Positions 8,763 through 17,802 of a stretch of DNA of 22,871 bases are shown piece by piece. How positions within the stretch are numbered: position 1 is the first letter of the stretch; the number at the start of each line of letters is the position of its first letter. This stretch comes from an uncultured Fibrobacterales bacterium (GTDB lineage Bacteria; Fibrobacterota; Fibrobacteria; Fibrobacterales; CAWVXU01). Location of the stretch: positions 1-22,871 of the forward strand of contig CAWVXU010000039.1 in NCBI GenBank assembly GCA_963934255.1, written 5' to 3'. The position numbers were made by a program, and so were the translations under genes. The notes under the pieces were generated by a model that had not been told where the DNA came from, did not search any database, and saw only the letters and a list, made by a program, of their open reading frames with translations.

Positions 8763-9581
8763 TTAAATACGGGAGAGCACACCTTGAATCAATTGACAAA
8801 GCTTGGGCTCGGCGGACATCGCGGTGGCAATAATCTCAGGTACATTAATGGGCTTTAGGCGATCAGGAATACATTCATCAGTAATCACTGAAAGACCTAA
8901 GACGTTCATACCTGCATGGGTGGCAACTATGACCTCAGGGACTGTGGACATACCAATGACGTCTGCTCCCAATACCCCAAGCATACGGTATTCGGCTCGT
9001 GTTTCAAGACAAGGTCCTGTCATTACAGCATATACGCCTTCTTGTAGTTTTATTTTTTCTTCTAGAGCAATTTTTTTAGTCAAGTCAATAAATTTTTGAG
9101 AGTAAGGCTCAATCATATCAGTAAAGCGAGGACCAAGCTCAGCGAAATTTTTACCAATCAAAGGGTTAGTCCCGAGTAGATTGATGTGGTCAGTGATGAC
9201 CATTATGTCGCCGGCTTGAAATTTATTGTTGATGCCGCCGCAAGCATTGGACACGATAAGATTGGAACATCCTAGTGCTTTGAGTACTCGAACAGGGAAT
9301 GTAATTTCTTCCATGCTATAGCCCTCATAGAAATGAAACCTCCCTTGGAGACACAGCACGTTCTTACCGCTTAATTTTCCGTAAATAAGCTTACCTTCGT
9401 GTTCCATGACGGTGGGATTAACAAACCCTGGAATGTCTTTATAATCTATTGTGACTTCGATTTCAATATTTTGAATTAAGCCACCAAGCCCTGTGCCTAG
9501 GATAATGCCTGTTTGAGCTTGTGGGTCTATCTTTTCGGCAATTTTTTGACGAGCAAGTTCAATTTTATCAAGAAGTGACAT
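8763..9581 (-). CDS. punA: Purine-nucleoside phosphorylase (trimeric PunA/XapA type)
   Basis: GIILGTGLG, QGRFHFYEGY, SNACGGIN, DHINLLG, GPCLETRAE, GADVIGMSTVPEV. Confidence 0.93.
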   Translation of the reverse strand: MSLLDKIELARQKIAEKIDPQAQTGIILGTGLGGLIQNIEIEVTIDYKDIPGFVNPTVMEHEGKLIYGKLSGKNVLCLQGRFHFYEGYSMEEITFPVRVLKALGCSNLIVSNACGGINNKFQAGDIMVITDHINLLGTNPLIGKNFAELGPRFTDMIEPYSQKFIDLTKKIALEEKIKLQEGVYAVMTGPCLETRAEYRMLGVLGADVIGMSTVPEVIVATHAGMNVLGLSVITDECIPDRLKPINVPEIIATAMSAEPKLCQLIQGVLSRI

Positions 9582-9642
9582 GAGGAAAGCCTTTGGGTTT
9601 ATAAAAAAATTGTAAAATTACTTCGTAAAACAAAAAGAAAAA

Positions 9643-10935
9643 TCACCGAGCGTGAAACATCAGAACTTTTTCACTGGCAGCGATGGAGAGTTTTCTTAGA
9701 CCGGCAGGGACAAAAATGCAATGAGACTTTTGATAATCTTCTTTGATGGTGTTGGAGTCAAGTTGATACTCAACTTCGGCTGTTCCCTTGACGAAATAAA
9801 TGAGGTGTGCTTTTCCTGGGTTTTGTAGATGCCAAGTCTGTCCTGGTAAAATATTGATTTGCGTAAGTTGAAAATCATCACAAAACTTTGGGTATTCTAT
9901 TTGGGAGGCACTTGGTAATCCTCGGTATACCATTGGCTCTTGCATTTTACAGTCTAAAATTTGAACTAGAGTGGCTACATCACGATGTTTTTGAGTAAAT
10001 CCAGCCCGTACAACATTATCACTCGAAGCCATACACTCAACAATGTTTCCATGAAGATAGGCATGTAAGGTTCCTGGTGGAATTGAAATGGCTTCACCAC
10101 TATCAAGCTCAATATAGTTCATCAAGAAAAGCAGGAAAAGCCCAATGTCTTCACCAGAGTAACGCATCTTGAGATATAAGAAAAGTTGTTCTTTCTCGGT
10201 CAATTTACGAGTTAAGGATTCTGATTCAAGCCTGAGTTGAAGAGTCCCTGTTGCTCTTGCTAATACAAAAGAATCATCTAGTGCTTTAGAGCATAAGTGT
10301 TCAATTAGATGGCGAAGTGCTGACTCTTCTTGGACAGAATCTCGCTCTTCACCTTCATTGATTACACGGTCACATTCCACAATTCCTTCATAAGCTTCTT
10401 CTTCTAACAGGTCTAATATTTCAGGATATTGATCAAGGATGGTCAATATACCCGTGAAAGGCATAAAACCGACTAAGGCTCTGAAGTCATCAAGACAAAC
10501 TGCCATTTCTGGCTTGTGGTTACTGTCTGGGTAAAAACGCGGGTCCTCATCATGAAGCTTTTGGGCTTGTTCTTTGTTGGGGTGAGCCTGAATGGAAAGT
10601 ACATCACCGATTGACAAAAGTTTAAAAAGAAAAGGTAGTTGACCATATTTGTGAGCGGCTTCAATTCCTAAAATACGTTCAGGATCCTGTTGAATAAATT
10701 GATCAAGAGTCATGGCATTAGGTAATTTAATCCCTCGTTTACCATGAGGTACAATTGTAGATGGAGCTTTAGGATGGGCGCCGACCCAAAGCTCAGCATA
10801 GGGAGTGCCTGGGTGAATAGGCATTCCTAAAAGTTTGGGGATAAAAGCTTGTTGGTTGCGATTACCCCAATCGTACTTTTGAATCTTACTGAATAATCTG
10901 AAACTTCGGCGACTGTTTTCTGCATGGAAAGCCAT
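9643..10935 (-). CDS. manA: Mannose-6-phosphate isomerase, class I
   Basis: QKYDWG, YAELWVGAHP, LPFLFKLL, LSIQAHPNK, YPDSNHKPEM, HAYLHG, MASSDNVVRAGFT; GGAG RBS. Confidence 0.93.
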   Translation of the reverse strand: MAFHAENSRRSFRLFSKIQKYDWGNRNQQAFIPKLLGMPIHPGTPYAELWVGAHPKAPSTIVPHGKRGIKLPNAMTLDQFIQQDPERILGIEAAHKYGQLPFLFKLLSIGDVLSIQAHPNKEQAQKLHDEDPRFYPDSNHKPEMAVCLDDFRALVGFMPFTGILTILDQYPEILDLLEEEAYEGIVECDRVINEGEERDSVQEESALRHLIEHLCSKALDDSFVLARATGTLQLRLESESLTRKLTEKEQLFLYLKMRYSGEDIGLFLLFLMNYIELDSGEAISIPPGTLHAYLHGNIVECMASSDNVVRAGFTQKHRDVATLVQILDCKMQEPMVYRGLPSASQIEYPKFCDDFQLTQINILPGQTWHLQNPGKAHLIYFVKGTAEVEYQLDSNTIKEDYQKSHCIFVPAGLRKLSIAASEKVLMFHAR

Positions 10936-11159
10936 AAATACTCCGAGATCTTAAAGTGCAGTTGAGATCAAATAACTTGTTGATCCAGATATGTGAAAGA
11001 ATATAACAAAAAGCGAGACTCACAAAAAATGTGAAGCTTAAAAATCATCATTATATGAGTTATAAAATATTCTATAAAAGAAGACTTAGGTTATCGGAGG
11101 AATAGTCGCAGATCCGTAGTTGGATTTGAGTTGGGAGTAATATTTGAAAATAGATAAAG

Positions 11160-11189
11160 AAAAAAGACAAACCGTTTGGTTTGTCTTTT
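11160..11189 (-). terminator. Rho-independent terminator after adk (possibly bidirectional)
   Basis: Perfect 12-bp inverted repeat AAAAGACAAACC-GTTT-GGTTTGTCTTTT (11162-11189) with A/T tracts at both ends. Confidence 0.85.
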
Positions 11190-11243
11190 AAATAAATCCC
11201 TTAGTGTGCTTTTAACAAAAAAAAGGAAAAAGCAAAACTGAAG

Positions 11244-11813
11244 TTAAGCAGTAACAGGCACTTCAAGCTCAAGTGCTGCGCAAACTCGTGCATAGACTTC
11301 ATCGATGGATCCAACAGCATCAACTTTACGTAGAAGACCTTTAGATTCGTACCAATTCAAGGTTGGTTCAGTTTCAGCATAATACTCTTCAAGACGCTTG
11401 CGAATTGAAGCTTCATTATCATCTTTACGACCGCGAGACATCATACGTGAGATAACTACTTCTTTGTCTGGAATATCTAAGTGCAGAACAGCATCAAATG
11501 GATAGCCTTTTTCTTCAAACAACCACTCGAGTTGAGCGACATTACGTGGGAATCCATCAAGAATAAGCGGATGATCCCAATCATGTAAATCAAGGCGTTT
11601 AGATATGAGGTCAAGAACTAGAGAGTCATCAATCAGACGACCTGCATCAATAGCGTCTTTCATCTTACGGCCATATGTTGTGTTGTTCTTTATCATCCAT
11701 CGGAAAATATCACCTGCACCAATAAATGTGAATCCAAAATCAGCTACTAGCTTCTCAGCTTGTGTGCCTTTACCGGATCCTTGGATGCCCATCAATACGA
11801 TTTTCTTGCTCAT
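11244..11813 (-). CDS. adk: Adenylate kinase, short form without the long LID domain
   Basis: P-loop GIQGSGKGTQA, GDIFR, ILDGFPRN, short LID SRGRKDDN, 189 aa; AAGGA RBS. Confidence 0.9.
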   Translation of the reverse strand: MSKKIVLMGIQGSGKGTQAEKLVADFGFTFIGAGDIFRWMIKNNTTYGRKMKDAIDAGRLIDDSLVLDLISKRLDLHDWDHPLILDGFPRNVAQLEWLFEEKGYPFDAVLHLDIPDKEVVISRMMSRGRKDDNEASIRKRLEEYYAETEPTLNWYESKGLLRKVDAVGSIDEVYARVCAALELEVPVTA

Positions 11814-11846
11814 AGGAGGTCCTTTTAAATTTCTTTAGAATTGACG

Positions 11847-11879
11847 CAAATATAATAAAAATGCCCCTATTTCTGTCAA
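11847..11879 (-). promoter_or_regulatory. Candidate housekeeping promoter for adk
   Basis: Minus strand TTGACA (11879-11874), 16 nt, TATTAT (11857-11852). An overlapping TATATTTG (11854-11847) matches the Bacteroidota-type TAnnTTTG element. Confidence 0.55.
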
Positions 11880-11903
11880 AAAGGGAGTAAAAAACGGTGA
11901 GAA

Positions 11904-14900
11904 TTAGCGTATGACGGCAAATCTAAACTTCTTAATTTGAGTCTTTTTAGAATCAAATTTCACGAATATTTTCGCTGAATAAACTCCGCTAGCTAGGTGA
12001 TTGATATTGAGTTTCCTTAATCGATGAAGTCCAGTGGCGTGGGCCCCAAAATTTTCATCATATACTTGAAGGCCTGTGATATCAAATACCTGGATATTTA
12101 CTTTGGATGCACCATCCAAGATACTAAAAAGTGCGTTTGCCCCCGCTTGTCGGACAGGGTTAGGATAGATGAGAAATTTTTCAATTTTGGCTATACCTGT
12201 TAATGGAGTTGTAGTTAGTTTAGATGCATCAAAGTAAAAGTGTCGACTTGAGTTGGATCCATCAGTTATCCATTGGTTTGAGCTTTCAACGATATCTTTA
12301 AAGAACCAAGAGTTTACTTCACTAGCTCCTGCGGCATAGAGTTGATAACCAATTTCCTGCTTGGCTAGACTAATTGGCAGAGGGCTAGGGCCGTAGATTT
12401 GAACACTCGGTCCTATGATCAGAGGCCATGATTTACCACAGTTTTTCAACAAACCAGTCCCTTGCAGCTTGTTGTTTACGCATAGTAATGTGTTTTCTTG
12501 AGAAGGTAGTTCATTGAGGGACTGGCCGCGACTATTAACGGCGTATAAAAGCCCCCAGGAACTTGGAGCTAAGATGTGTGGTTTTTTTTGATTTGCGAAA
12601 TTTATAACCATCGGAGGACTTGTCATTTCAGCTTCCTCTATCCCCTGTGTATATTCAAAAGGAAACCCAATGAGATGAGCATTGAGATGGTTCAGCACAA
12701 AAAGTTTGTCTTGAGTATTAAACAATACATTGGGATAAGAATCTGAATTAATGTCAGACACCGTAATTGATGAGCTGGAGTTTTTCAATGGATAATACTG
12801 AGGTGAATGACTCAACTCTTGCTTCGAATTTAAGTCAAAGAAACTAGCATAACCTTTGGAGCTAAGTAAAAATATATCTAAGGAACCATCCTGGTTGAAA
12901 TCTGAAATGACTGCCTGAAAGTCTTGCTCTTTAAAGTTGTTGAAAGGAGCTTGAATCGGTATACTATGTGAGAGGTTTAAATTTTCAAAACCAATAGGAG
13001 TTTGTGAATCCCATCTCAATAATTCACCGGATTTGGATAAAATATAAATTGAATAATCTGGGCTGGTTTGTGCAGGTGCATATAAAAGTTGAGTTGCTCT
13101 AAACCCTGTTGGTAACTTCATCTTGGTTGGAATATTTGTCCAAGTACTATCACTATAATGTAATTCCTCTTGATCCACCCAAAAAACATTTCCGTGAGCT
13201 ACAAGTGGGCCAGCTCTATAATGAGGTGATTTTAAGACCGTTTGTCCTGTCACTTTCCATTTGAAATCCGTAGCAACACTCTTTTGCCATCGAGTTCTCA
13301 ATAGTTTTGAATCAGATAAGTTGATCCAGTCAAATTCATGAGAATTAATTTGATGAAGAGCGCTGCCCTTAAATCGGCGAAATTGGCTACCTAGTTTGGC
13401 TACAGATTTACCTTGATAATCTTTGACTGCTAATTGGAATGAATCAGCTGTCATAAGAAGTAAGCTGTCAAAACTCAAAATTGATTGTGGATGGGTAGAA
13501 GCTTTAATAGTTTGTGGAAATATTGACCCAGGAGTTTTATATTCTGACCAATCAATTGAAAGTTTAATCGAATCACTGCGTACATTTATCAAGCTATCAC
13601 CTGTAAAGGCATGCCAATTCTTTTCTAAGATAGGGTTTTCGGGCCAATCAACTTTAAATTTTAAATGGGTAAAAGCACCTTGAGCAGATCCAGTATTTCC
13701 ATAGCCCCATGGGTGTATTGTATTGATGGTATCTGTTTTACGCTTGCCATTTACATCATAGATGTGGATGTGAGGGAGGAGTTCTCTTCCTGATCCAAAA
13801 TCAAAGCTAGGTTGCCCTAAAGCATTTTTGAATTCTTTCCCCATAGTCAAAACACCATCAGCTTCGATTAACGAGATTCCCTTGAAGTGATCCCCTGATT
13901 GTTCAAGACGCTTGTTAATAAATCCAGTTTCAATCAGTTCGTCAATGAGCCATTCGTTGATATGCCAAACCAGAATACCAGAGCCGGGTAATGATAGATC
14001 AAAATTTTCGGCACTCTTGAAAATACCTTCAGCTTGAGATGAATTCGGTTGACATTGCTTACCTTTATCGTTACACAGTGTATCTAAAAAAAGTTGTTCG
14101 ATAGAATCCGCATGAACACTAAATTCCCGGTCTTTAGAGTTAATTACTTTGATGTCATCTTTACTTGCCCGATGACGATACTCAATCAAGAAGTATTCTT
14201 TTTGTGAAATGGGAACTTTTATAATTCGAGGATGTGACGTTGAAGCGTCAAGCGCAGGGCCTATGATATATGATTTTTGTGTGGAGTTTAAGCCCATCTG
14301 TGCAAGAGTTGCTATGTCCCAACCAAGATATTGTCTGTGCCATGCAGAGGGGGCGGTTGGAAAAAAACCATTACCACTAGAATAACCAGCAAAATCCATA
14401 AGATCATATTTGCCTAGTTGAGTTCGTCCAAGTGTGGGGTCGTAGGTCGCTGGTAGCCCCAGAGCTTCACCTATTTGAGAAATAATGACCCCATTGATTC
14501 CCCAATTGACACCATCTTGTGACGAAGTTTCACTGACGACCATGAGTTGATTTAAGGTGTCCACGCCAGGTCTATTGAGTATGATGCCAAGACTGTCAGA
14601 CTCATATTCTTTAATAGTTTGATAAAATGTAAAATCACGAGGCCCAAGATAGGCGTCAAAAAAATCAGAAGGAGTATCAGCACCTTGAATCCCCAGACTA
14701 CCGCCATCAACTAGCCGATTGGCTCCAGCGTGAGCAATCATATAGATTCTTTTTCGACCTGGTGTTAAGGGGATGTCAAAAGGAGAAGTTTCGTCTTGAG
14801 CCACTTTTTTGACAGCGTCTTGTAAGAATCGCAGATATCCATCTACACGAACAGAATCAAGTTCGCTGTTTTTTTCGCCACTGAGTTTTGTACTACGATT

Positions 14901-15260
14901 ATATTCGACAATTTCTTTTTCTAAGACCCAGGTTTTGTTTCCCTCAGGAAATACTTTTGCTTGAATATGAAGTTTATCGAAACTGACTTGTTTGTAATAA
15001 TTTTGGGCAAAAGTTAAATGCTCTAACCAGTAATCATTTCTGTGTCGAGCACCACTTGGGTCTAAAGGGAAATCATCTTGTGCAGAATTAAATGTACCGT
15101 CACCTGTAGTTATACTTTTGTCAGGAGATTCTTTTTTAAACTCAACTTTGAGAATAAAAATTTCAAGTGTGTCTTGAGGGTCAGAGACCTGACGATCAAA
15201 CAATCTAGCTGCAAAGAGATAATTTGAAAAAACAAATAAGGCGAGGACTAAGTAGTTCAT
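11904..15260 (-). CDS. Secreted M6 (InhA-like) metalloprotease homolog with degenerate zinc site, FG-GAP-like repeats and T9SS type A C-terminal sorting domain
   Basis: Signal peptide MNYLVLALFVFSNYLFA. M6 landmarks IAHAG, LGLP, YDLMD, PSAWHRQYLGW, EYFLIEYR, GSGILVWHINE, LIEADG. Repeats SDFNQDGSLD and SDINSDSYPN. C-terminal IYPNP...VFDITG...LASGVY...K. ATGA overlap with the upstream gene. Confidence 0.8.
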   Translation of the reverse strand: MNYLVLALFVFSNYLFAARLFDRQVSDPQDTLEIFILKVEFKKESPDKSITTGDGTFNSAQDDFPLDPSGARHRNDYWLEHLTFAQNYYKQVSFDKLHIQAKVFPEGNKTWVLEKEIVEYNRSTKLSGEKNSELDSVRVDGYLRFLQDAVKKVAQDETSPFDIPLTPGRKRIYMIAHAGANRLVDGGSLGIQGADTPSDFFDAYLGPRDFTFYQTIKEYESDSLGIILNRPGVDTLNQLMVVSETSSQDGVNWGINGVIISQIGEALGLPATYDPTLGRTQLGKYDLMDFAGYSSGNGFFPTAPSAWHRQYLGWDIATLAQMGLNSTQKSYIIGPALDASTSHPRIIKVPISQKEYFLIEYRHRASKDDIKVINSKDREFSVHADSIEQLFLDTLCNDKGKQCQPNSSQAEGIFKSAENFDLSLPGSGILVWHINEWLIDELIETGFINKRLEQSGDHFKGISLIEADGVLTMGKEFKNALGQPSFDFGSGRELLPHIHIYDVNGKRKTDTINTIHPWGYGNTGSAQGAFTHLKFKVDWPENPILEKNWHAFTGDSLINVRSDSIKLSIDWSEYKTPGSIFPQTIKASTHPQSILSFDSLLLMTADSFQLAVKDYQGKSVAKLGSQFRRFKGSALHQINSHEFDWINLSDSKLLRTRWQKSVATDFKWKVTGQTVLKSPHYRAGPLVAHGNVFWVDQEELHYSDSTWTNIPTKMKLPTGFRATQLLYAPAQTSPDYSIYILSKSGELLRWDSQTPIGFENLNLSHSIPIQAPFNNFKEQDFQAVISDFNQDGSLDIFLLSSKGYASFFDLNSKQELSHSPQYYPLKNSSSSITVSDINSDSYPNVLFNTQDKLFVLNHLNAHLIGFPFEYTQGIEEAEMTSPPMVINFANQKKPHILAPSSWGLLYAVNSRGQSLNELPSQENTLLCVNNKLQGTGLLKNCGKSWPLIIGPSVQIYGPSPLPISLAKQEIGYQLYAAGASEVNSWFFKDIVESSNQWITDGSNSSRHFYFDASKLTTTPLTGIAKIEKFLIYPNPVRQAGANALFSILDGASKVNIQVFDITGLQVYDENFGAHATGLHRLRKLNINHLASGVYSAKIFVKFDSKKTQIKKFRFAVIR

Positions 15261-15991
15261 TGTGCTATGTCTCTTATTTTAGTCGAAGGTGGAAAGCGTA
15301 GTTTCCACAATCTTGAATTCCAACTCGGCTGAAGATCTATTTCTTCGACATCAATTTGTAATTGTTGATTCAGGTCAATTACTTCGATGTGAGTAGGATA
15401 TTTAAAGTTTTGTTGCTTGGTCCAATTTTGATATTTCCAAAGTGTAGAATCAATTTGTAATGAATTAACTCGGCCACTTTGTTTGTCTATAGTAGATATA
15501 CAATCCTTTGAGTCACAAGACCATTTCAAAAAGGTGGTTTCCCCTGATTGTGTATGACTTGCTTTCTGCCAACCAATTGGAAACACCTCACCCCAAAGTG
15601 AGCTGACGAGTTGATGGATGCTTAAATCTTTGAATCCAGGTATGGGAAGTTGAATCGCCTGTCCTTGGCCTTGAAAAACAATTTTTTCCGAAGGAATATA
15701 AACTTGCCAGTTAGTTTCCAGCCACAAAATTGAAGCGACCTGCACACCTAAGGGGCCTTTGAGTTCAATCCTGTATTTCTTATTGGGTATGGCATAGATG
15801 AAAGCATCAACACTCCCTTTTTCTTTCATATTTCCTTGAGTTGTTTGAAACTTTATATTGGTTTTGACTTTTACAGAGTCAGGTGCAGGGGGTAAAACCC
15901 CTTGACTTGTCCAGTTGAGGTTGGTTTCAGGTCCACGAGTACATGACACAAAAAGTCCCAAAATAACAAGTGAAAGAAGTAATCTACTCAC
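15257..15991 (-). CDS. LolB/DUF4292-like lipoprotein (LolA/LolB fold predicted)
   Basis: GTG 15991 after AGAGGA gives MSRLLLSLVILGLFVS-C (lipobox). YRIELKGPLGVQVASI resembles the LolB L-x-GPLG segment, the protein is beta-rich, and it follows a TPR lipoprotein gene as lolB often does. Confidence 0.6.
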   Translation of the reverse strand: MSRLLLSLVILGLFVSCTRGPETNLNWTSQGVLPPAPDSVKVKTNIKFQTTQGNMKEKGSVDAFIYAIPNKKYRIELKGPLGVQVASILWLETNWQVYIPSEKIVFQGQGQAIQLPIPGFKDLSIHQLVSSLWGEVFPIGWQKASHTQSGETTFLKWSCDSKDCISTIDKQSGRVNSLQIDSTLWKYQNWTKQQNFKYPTHIEVIDLNQQLQIDVEEIDLQPSWNSRLWKLRFPPSTKIRDIAQ

Positions 15992-17795
15992 TGAATCCTC
16001 TAAGCCACAAATGACTAGGTGCAATTAAATAGAGTTTTTGTTTAAATTCGAGAGTTTTAATTTGATCGCCCCTAGCCTCATAGCACTTTCCAAGATGCTC
16101 TAGCATTGTAGGATCTTGTGGACTGCTAGGTAAAATTGCTTCTAATATTTGTATAGCTTCCGCGTATTTTTTTTGTTTAAACAAAACCCATGCTTTTGAA
16201 TCGAGGTAGGCAGTTTCTTTAGGTTTGAGGTTCAAGGCTCTTTCTATTAACACGGCACCTTTTTGAATATCAATGTCTCGATCAACTAGCGAGTACCCGT
16301 AGTAGTTGAGAATACTTGAATTCTTTGGATCATCAATCAAAAGTGCTTCAAATAGTTCAAAGGCAAGTTTAATAGAGTCAAGTCGCTCTAATACAATTGC
16401 TTTGCGGAATTTGATTAAAAAATCACTAGGAAAACCATCGATGTTCTTATTTGGATAGGCTTGAAGTGAGTCAGCAATTTTGACTGAAGATAACCGAATT
16501 TCCCTTAAAAGTTTGACTTGTGTTGTATCACCAGGATAATTATTTTCAATATGATAACCTTGTTCTAAATCAAGTTCAAATCTGGCATTCAGTAGAAGTG
16601 GGTCTTTGTTTAAAACACGGACTGAATCAAGCCAGTCACGTGAAAATTGGTATTTTTTTTGTTTGGTGAGTAGCTCAATATAAATACTTGCATAGCGAAA
16701 TTCTTCTTTAGATAAATTCCAAGCTTTCAATGCATATTGTGAAGCTTTAACTGTGTCTTTGGTAAAAAGTTCAGCTCCACTTGCTAAAGCCCAAGTTCCG
16801 GGCTTGTCAGGAGATAGCTTGATGAGAGTGTCAGTAATTGTTTTAGCTTGGCTGTACTGGCCTACAAACAATAGTAGTCTAGCTGCATCAGCTGGGAAAG
16901 TAGAGAGTAAATTGGTAATGGAGTCAGCATCTACGGGATTGATGTTTGTATCGTTTTGGATTTGTGGTAAAAGTGTTTTCCAGGTTTCCCAAAGTTTAGC
17001 GCCGGCCTCTGACGGCTTTAGGTACCTTGCTTCTTTTAAACGATATTGAATCTCATAGGGGTTGATAACTATAAGTTGTTGAATAATACGAAGGCCAGCG
17101 GGTTTGTTTTTTCCCTCCTCGTACTTTTCTAAGGCAGTGGTTAGCCAAGTAAGATTTTGGGTAGCAGCATAGGCTCTTTCTAAAAACTCCGGAGCAAGAT
17201 CTTGCTGCCCTGCAATGTTAAATAAAAGTAGCTGCCTAAAGACAAGTGACTCTGGAAATTTCATTATTGCGGTTAATTTTGAATTGACAGAAGAAAGTCG
17301 TTTGTAGTCCTTGGCTTCTTCAAGACTTTGAGCCCACTCCCACCAATACCTAACATTGGTTGAATCTCGTTTTGTAAGTGCAGCATAATAAATATTAGCG
17401 CTATCGTTTTGATGGAGCTCTAAATTAAGATGGGCTAGTAATAAGAGTGTTTCAACGGAGACACTATCTAAGGGTAAATTTTGTGCTTGTAAAGTTTTTA
17501 AGGCATCTTTATTTTGACCCAATTGCATCTGAAACTCAGCAAGTTGATTGCGAAGAAATTCATTTGTAGGATCAAGGTTTGTGGCTTTGGTTATTAAGTA
17601 TCTGGCAAAGTCAATTTTATTTTGATACTTGAGCTGTAATGCCTCAAGAAAATATTGCTTGGCTAACTTTAAGCTGTCAGCTTGAGTGAGCTCAGGCCTT
17701 ACAGGGGTCTCTTGGGCTGGCTCTGCAAGCATTTTTTTATTTGAGCTACACCCCCAAAGTAGGGCCATAGAAATGAGAATCAGAAGCCAACGCAT
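15984..17795 (-). CDS. Tetratricopeptide-repeat lipoprotein
   Basis: Lipobox LLWG-C; all-helical repeats; C-terminal ILNYYGYSLVD...ALNLKP...YLDSKAWV...LEHLG block typical of the TPR family encoded upstream of lolB. Confidence 0.85.
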   Translation of the reverse strand: MRWLLILISMALLWGCSSNKKMLAEPAQETPVRPELTQADSLKLAKQYFLEALQLKYQNKIDFARYLITKATNLDPTNEFLRNQLAEFQMQLGQNKDALKTLQAQNLPLDSVSVETLLLLAHLNLELHQNDSANIYYAALTKRDSTNVRYWWEWAQSLEEAKDYKRLSSVNSKLTAIMKFPESLVFRQLLLFNIAGQQDLAPEFLERAYAATQNLTWLTTALEKYEEGKNKPAGLRIIQQLIVINPYEIQYRLKEARYLKPSEAGAKLWETWKTLLPQIQNDTNINPVDADSITNLLSTFPADAARLLLFVGQYSQAKTITDTLIKLSPDKPGTWALASGAELFTKDTVKASQYALKAWNLSKEEFRYASIYIELLTKQKKYQFSRDWLDSVRVLNKDPLLLNARFELDLEQGYHIENNYPGDTTQVKLLREIRLSSVKIADSLQAYPNKNIDGFPSDFLIKFRKAIVLERLDSIKLAFELFEALLIDDPKNSSILNYYGYSLVDRDIDIQKGAVLIERALNLKPKETAYLDSKAWVLFKQKKYAEAIQILEAILPSSPQDPTMLEHLGKCYEARGDQIKTLEFKQKLYLIAPSHLWLRGFSE

Positions 17796-17802
17796 AGAAA
17801 CC

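Noticed and set aside
8674..8799. Extended ileS N-terminus, or a T-box leader
   Set aside because: The extension overlaps punA and lacks an RBS. The real spacer is about 90 nt, too short for a T-box, and has no T-box motif.
10992..11034. TGTGA/TCACA half-sites upstream of manA as a CRP site
   Set aside because: Spacings are wrong (TGTGA-N7-TAACA; TCACA-N5-TGTGA in reverse order), so there is no TGTGA-N6-TCACA match.
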